The notes under the pieces are model-generated. The model saw only the letters and a list, made by a program, of their open reading frames with translations, had not been told where the DNA came from and made no database searches. A DNA stretch of 64,000 bases from positions 1-64,000 of the forward strand of contig VRVR01000046.1 of assembly GCA_009859145.1 (NCBI GenBank), read 5' to 3'. The position numbers and the translations under genes were made by a program. This document shows positions 60,263 to 64,000 of this stretch, in pieces (the first letter of the stretch is position 1; every line of letters begins with the position of its first letter). This DNA is from Andalucia godoyi And28 (taxonomy: Eukaryota > Protista > Jakobida).

Positions 60263-60829
60263 ATGTCGTCGTTTGGTTCGTTGCTTGCGTCGTGTTCGTC
60301 GTCGGCAACAGTGCACAGCTGCATTCTTGCAATCCTGGATTCGCCGCAGGAGCTTCATTTTTCGTCGGTTATGTTCCACGCGCGCTTTGAGGAGCATGCG
60401 AGTGCAGAAGACCGTCTTTTGCTTGATATATTCAGTCGGGGTTCTGTGCAAGACTATGAGCAGGCTGTTCAGTCCGGCCTGATCTCGACGGTTTTGTCCG
60501 ACGAAGCGCGGCTCAAGCTCGGCTACTTGTCTGTCTTGTCTGCGGCGTTGCAGACATCCTCCGGAAACAAGATTGCCTTCGACGACTTGAAGATGCTGAC
60601 ATGTGTCCAGACGGACGAGCAGGTCGAGCTGCTTGTGCTCGAAGCAATCGAACGAGGCCTGATTGTCGCCACCATCGATCAGAAGGAACGGTGTGTACGC
60701 GTCTCAAAGTGCCTCGATGCGCGCGACGTCATCTCCATCGATCAGATAGCGCATCATGCATCACTGCTCCAACAATGGCTCACGGACTCGGAACTCGCAA
60801 TCGCCAGCATGGAAAAGGCTCTCTCCTAG
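60263..60829 (+). CDS. PCI-domain protein, COP9 signalosome subunit 7-like
   Basis: ILDSPQELHFS, LLDIFSRGSVQDY, KLGYLSVLS, VELLVLEAIERGLIVATIDQ and ARDV. An eIF3m assignment cannot be fully excluded. Confidence 0.72.
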   Translation: MSSFGSLLASCSSSATVHSCILAILDSPQELHFSSVMFHARFEEHASAEDRLLLDIFSRGSVQDYEQAVQSGLISTVLSDEARLKLGYLSVLSAALQTSSGNKIAFDDLKMLTCVQTDEQVELLVLEAIERGLIVATIDQKERCVRVSKCLDARDVISIDQIAHHASLLQQWLTDSELAIASMEKALS

Positions 60830-60998
60830 AACCCGTTCCCTGCCTCCGCGGCCCTCTCAAAGATTGTGTAATGTGTATATAATGTTCTTTATGTTTTAAA
60901 GCGTACGGCATGTGCTGTTGTGAGTGTGGCCTGGTGCGCTGTAGCCACGCAATTGACTTGTGTGTGTATGTGTATATGTGTATGTGTGTATGTGTGTG

Positions 60999-61559
60999 TC
61001 AGCCAAATACGCTCCAGTCGACAACCGAGACGCTGTTTGCAATGTCCGTGAGCAACGATACGCAGGCGGGCAGCGTAACTGCGGCAATCTTGATGGGATC
61101 CGCGTGTTGGGCAACCGAAGATTCAGGGTGCACACTCTCATTTGCATAGAGCGAGACCACAAAGTCCGTCTGGACGTGTGGGAACCGGATGACGGCAATG
61201 ACGACGCGGACGGTATTGGCGGCCGTGAACTGTGCATTCTTGGAGATGCAAGCCCTCCCGACCGCAAGCCCCATTGTCGGAGTCAGCTGGCGGGACTCGA
61301 CATCGCCACCGACGACCTCGCCTTGGGCGCACTCGATGATTTCCATCCAGTGCTGCAGCGCAAACACCCGTGGCTCCACCCAGTCTGGCTGCATCTCGAG
61401 AACATCAAAAAGCAGCGACTGGTCCACATCCGGGTCCACAAACGATTCTTGGAAGTCGGGCACCTCCTGGTGCTCAGACACATCAAGAAACCGACTCGGG
61501 ATCATCGCAGTCATTGCTCCACCATACAACTCGCGACAAGTCACATCCTCGCGGTCCAT
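60999..61559 (-). CDS. MOG1: Ran guanine nucleotide release factor Mog1
   Basis: RELYGGAMTAMIPSRFLDVSEHQEVPDFQESFVDPDVDQSLLFDVLE...IRFPHVQTDFVVSL...SVSVVDWSVFG. Confidence 0.88.
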   Translation of the reverse strand: MDREDVTCRELYGGAMTAMIPSRFLDVSEHQEVPDFQESFVDPDVDQSLLFDVLEMQPDWVEPRVFALQHWMEIIECAQGEVVGGDVESRQLTPTMGLAVGRACISKNAQFTAANTVRVVIAVIRFPHVQTDFVVSLYANESVHPESSVAQHADPIKIAAVTLPACVSLLTDIANSVSVVDWSVFG

Positions 61560-61574
61560 TCCTCTTGCGCTTTT

Positions 61575-61612
61575 CCCACTCCCCACTCCGCACTTCCCAC
61601 TTCCCACTTCCC
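61575..61612 (-). repeat. (GTGGGAA)-type G-tract repeat upstream of MOG1, G-quadruplex potential
   Basis: The plus strand cccactccccactccgcacttcccacttcccacttccc gives five G3-4 tracts on the minus strand. Confidence 0.7.
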
Positions 61613-61888
61613 ACTCCTCACCGATCACTCCGCATTCGACCTCGGGCATCCGTGTGCTGCGCTGCATTGGTTTTTCCTACCCGGCTTCTGGCGGGCGATC
61701 GGTTCGCACAGAGTTGAGACTGATGCTTAGCGGGATTCGGTTGAAATTGAACTCAAAAAGAAAACTGGGTTGCGAGATTTCCTGCACGCAGCACAGTCCG
61801 TACCTCCTCATATCCCCAATGCGCCCGTGTTATGCGTGTTGACTTTTTTGGATCGTCTTCTGTTCTGTTTGATGATTGGGAGAAATAA

Positions 61889-64000
61889 ATGGGCGAGTTG
61901 GTAACAGGTAGAGATGAACAGCTGTTCTTGTTTGCCATCCGTGCAAAACGACCAAGCTGGAATTCTGTTCCCGAGATTGTGGAGACTTCGAATCCTGCGC
62001 TGTTTGCGTCGCTTTCGACATCCGATCAGCAGTCTCTCGTTGATTGGATAGACTGCACGTGGTCTCCGTATGAAGAGCAGTTCAAAAAGCAGCAAGGGTT
62101 TTGCTGGAGACGGGCACTTCCTGCTGCGTCGACACAGTGGGGGAACCGAGGCTCGCGGACCATGTTTGCGTGCTCCGCAGATGCGTTCGTCGTCGTGTTC
62201 CACTCGCTGGTCATCAGAGTGACTCCAGACATCCCAGAGACAATCATATTGCAAGAACGGATGATTGAAGAGTCGTTGCATCAGCTTGTTTTCGACATCC
62301 AATCCGGACCGTCGACCACAACGAGCTTGGAGCAGAACGTCAAGTCTCTCAGCGCCTGGCTGGAGCTGATCATCACGCAAATTCTGGAAGATTATGAACA
62401 GTACAGATTCACTACTGGCTATCCAAGAGACGATATCCCAATGAGACACCGACGGTTCGTTTTGTGCCAAAGGAACATGTCTCCACAGCGACGGTCCCCG
62501 CCGCCTCCACCGCCATTGCCTCCGCTGGAATACTGGATGCAAAAAGGACATCGAATTTCATTGGTTCGTCCGTCCCCGAAATACGAATCTGATGAATTCG
62601 AGTCTTGCAGTAGCGATAGCGACGACGAGATCGACAAGAATGTGGTGTACGACAAAGAAGACCGCGGAACAATGCATGACGATCATGTAGAAATCGAGCC
62701 TCCCAGACCAAAAGCTCGCATCCATCCATCCAAACTCGGCAAGGCCGTGAGCAGGAAAAAGACTGTCGCGCCACCGCGCAGGGATAGCCGTTCTGGGAGT
62801 ACGAAAAGAGATCAGAAGGAGATGACCATCGAGCGACCCACTTCACTTGTGAGCGTTAGTCTTAGTCCGACGGTCGGTGGCACTCTTCCCCATGCATTCT
62901 TAACATCAAGTTCTGCACAGCCTTCTGCAGGTCGAGCATCTGACCTCGGGTTGCTTCTCGATGATGTTGTACCGGGTGGCGGAGGACCGCCGTCGCGGGG
63001 TCCACCACCTCTGGAATCCACCATTCCTCTCCAACTTTCTCTGCAGTCCTCCGGACCTCCGATGCCTCTGACCTCTACATCCTCTTCTTTTGCCCCACCT
63101 CCTTCTTCACAGTCCTGTCCTTCACCCCAACCACCGCCACCGCCGCCGCCGGCATGCGCTGCTCCACAACTAAATCGATCCATGCCCATGCATCCGCCGC
63201 CGCCGCCGCCGCCGCCATTGCAGGTGGTGCCAGCACAACTACAGCAACAGCAGCAGGACCAAGCTCCCCGTCCTGTGGAATGTGTCGAAATCGAATATGA
63301 CCCAAGAATGGAAGATGCATGGCAGCCATGTGACGAAGATCTGTGCGTCGACGAATATGGTGATGAACCGGAAGAATGGACATCAGATGGCATCCAGATG
63401 CCAGAGGAGACAGAGGAGACAGAGGAGCCGAAACAACAAGTGAGACTGGACGAGAAAAAAATCGAAGAACCACGAATCGATGAATTGCAGGATGGGAAGA
63501 AGAAGAAGCCTTCGAAACCACAGGAGGGCCCGTCATGTTGCACGATATGGATGGCAAGTGCTAGGAACACTGTCCGAAAATATGCATCCTTTCATTGGCA
63601 CCCTACTTTCATGCGGATGACGCTACTTGCTCCAAAGACAGTGCTCTATTCTCTTGCGTTTCTTCCCCTTGCCGCCGCACTTGGAGTACTCGTTGTGCCG
63701 ACGCTTGCTATTCTCATTGGCTGCTTCCCCAGCGGTCGATCGGGGATGTTTCAACATGAATCTAAACACGACGTCACAAGTTCGGTGTGGGGCTCGCTCT
63801 GTCTGGTGGGCATAGCCCTCGCCTGGATCTGCAACATCAACGATCTGTTGGCATCGGTTCTTGCCCCTCTTGCCATCATCTACATTTTCGGGTCTCTGAG
63901 CTTGCGCCAAGAATCGTCGATGTTTTTGAACGCTCCGTCCGAGTACCGGCAGCCGAGAGTTCGCTATGAGTTCATTTCAAATTACATTGCGTATTTTTCA
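61889..64000 (+). CDS. Large hypothetical protein with Pro-rich and acidic middle region and C-terminal TM segments; runs off the right edge
   Basis: ATG 61889 follows an in-frame TAA and opens 704 stop-free codons to the window end, so it is absent from the ORF track: MGELVTGRDEQLFLF...SPPPPPPLPP...QPPPPPPP...LAFLPLAAALGVLVVPTLAILIG...LCLVGIALAWIC. Confidence 0.75.
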   Translation, partial: MGELVTGRDEQLFLFAIRAKRPSWNSVPEIVETSNPALFASLSTSDQQSLVDWIDCTWSPYEEQFKKQQGFCWRRALPAASTQWGNRGSRTMFACSADAFVVVFHSLVIRVTPDIPETIILQERMIEESLHQLVFDIQSGPSTTTSLEQNVKSLSAWLELIITQILEDYEQYRFTTGYPRDDIPMRHRRFVLCQRNMSPQRRSPPPPPPLPPLEYWMQKGHRISLVRPSPKYESDEFESCSSDSDDEIDKNVVYDKEDRGTMHDDHVEIEPPRPKARIHPSKLGKAVSRKKTVAPPRRDSRSGSTKRDQKEMTIERPTSLVSVSLSPTVGGTLPHAFLTSSSAQPSAGRASDLGLLLDDVVPGGGGPPSRGPPPLESTIPLQLSLQSSGPPMPLTSTSSSFAPPPSSQSCPSPQPPPPPPPACAAPQLNRSMPMHPPPPPPPPLQVVPAQLQQQQQDQAPRPVECVEIEYDPRMEDAWQPCDEDLCVDEYGDEPEEWTSDGIQMPEETEETEEPKQQVRLDEKKIEEPRIDELQDGKKKKPSKPQEGPSCCTIWMASARNTVRKYASFHWHPTFMRMTLLAPKTVLYSLAFLPLAAALGVLVVPTLAILIGCFPSGRSGMFQHESKHDVTSSVWGSLCLVGIALAWICNINDLLASVLAPLAIIYIFGSLSLRQESSMFLNAPSEYRQPRVRYEFISNYIAYFS

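Noticed and set aside
61808-63570. Minus-strand ORFs 61808-62551 and 62812-63570
   Set aside because: Shadows of the continuous plus-strand ORF starting at 61889.
1-64000. Alternative genetic code, tRNA or rRNA genes, CRISPR arrays, Fanzor/TnpB-like nucleases
   Set aside because: Conserved genes end in TAA or TGA with no in-frame stops. TTCGAATC-like words fall inside coding regions without cloverleaf context. No repeat-spacer arrays or RuvC/zinc-ribbon ORFs were seen.

Overview
Gene-dense, intron-poor eukaryotic nuclear DNA using the standard genetic code, most likely from a flagellated heterotrophic protist. It carries the ciliary markers RJL and CFAP36 and aerobic mitochondrial genes. The compact layout resembles a jakobid-type genome, but that is only an impression. 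I find about 30 protein genes. Housekeeping: RPS8, ARL1, PRPF3, MRI1, villin, DHX57-like helicase, PP2C, RUS1-like, LOA1-like acyltransferase, NUP88-like, CSN7-like, MOG1, NAT8-like. Mitochondrial: mS26, mS33-like, AIM25-like scramblase, COX7A-like. Peroxisomal: AMACR-like, ending in SKL. Secretory or lysosomal hydrolases: GH162 beta-1,2-glucanase, GH38 alpha-mannosidase, M14 carboxypeptidase. The few introns I could infer are mostly about 90-113 nt, lie near the 5' end of the gene, and the clearest follow GTAYGT...CTAAT...YAG. No tRNA, rRNA or CRISPR array was seen. The most unusual items are: (1) a 2,579-aa membrane-anchored protein with two complete CPAF/S41-like protease modules in tandem; (2) an LRR plus multi-TM receptor whose first ~16 repeats are a 23-residue variant lacking the Asn ladder; (3) the 5' end of a gypsy-like retroelement with a very short LTR and a palindrome where the tRNA primer-binding site should be; (4) a GNRA-hairpin-rich intergenic segment inside a possible solo LTR; (5) a MAP2K-type pseudokinase; (6) two convergent genes whose coding tails overlap. 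All family calls come from motif recognition by eye, not from database searches.
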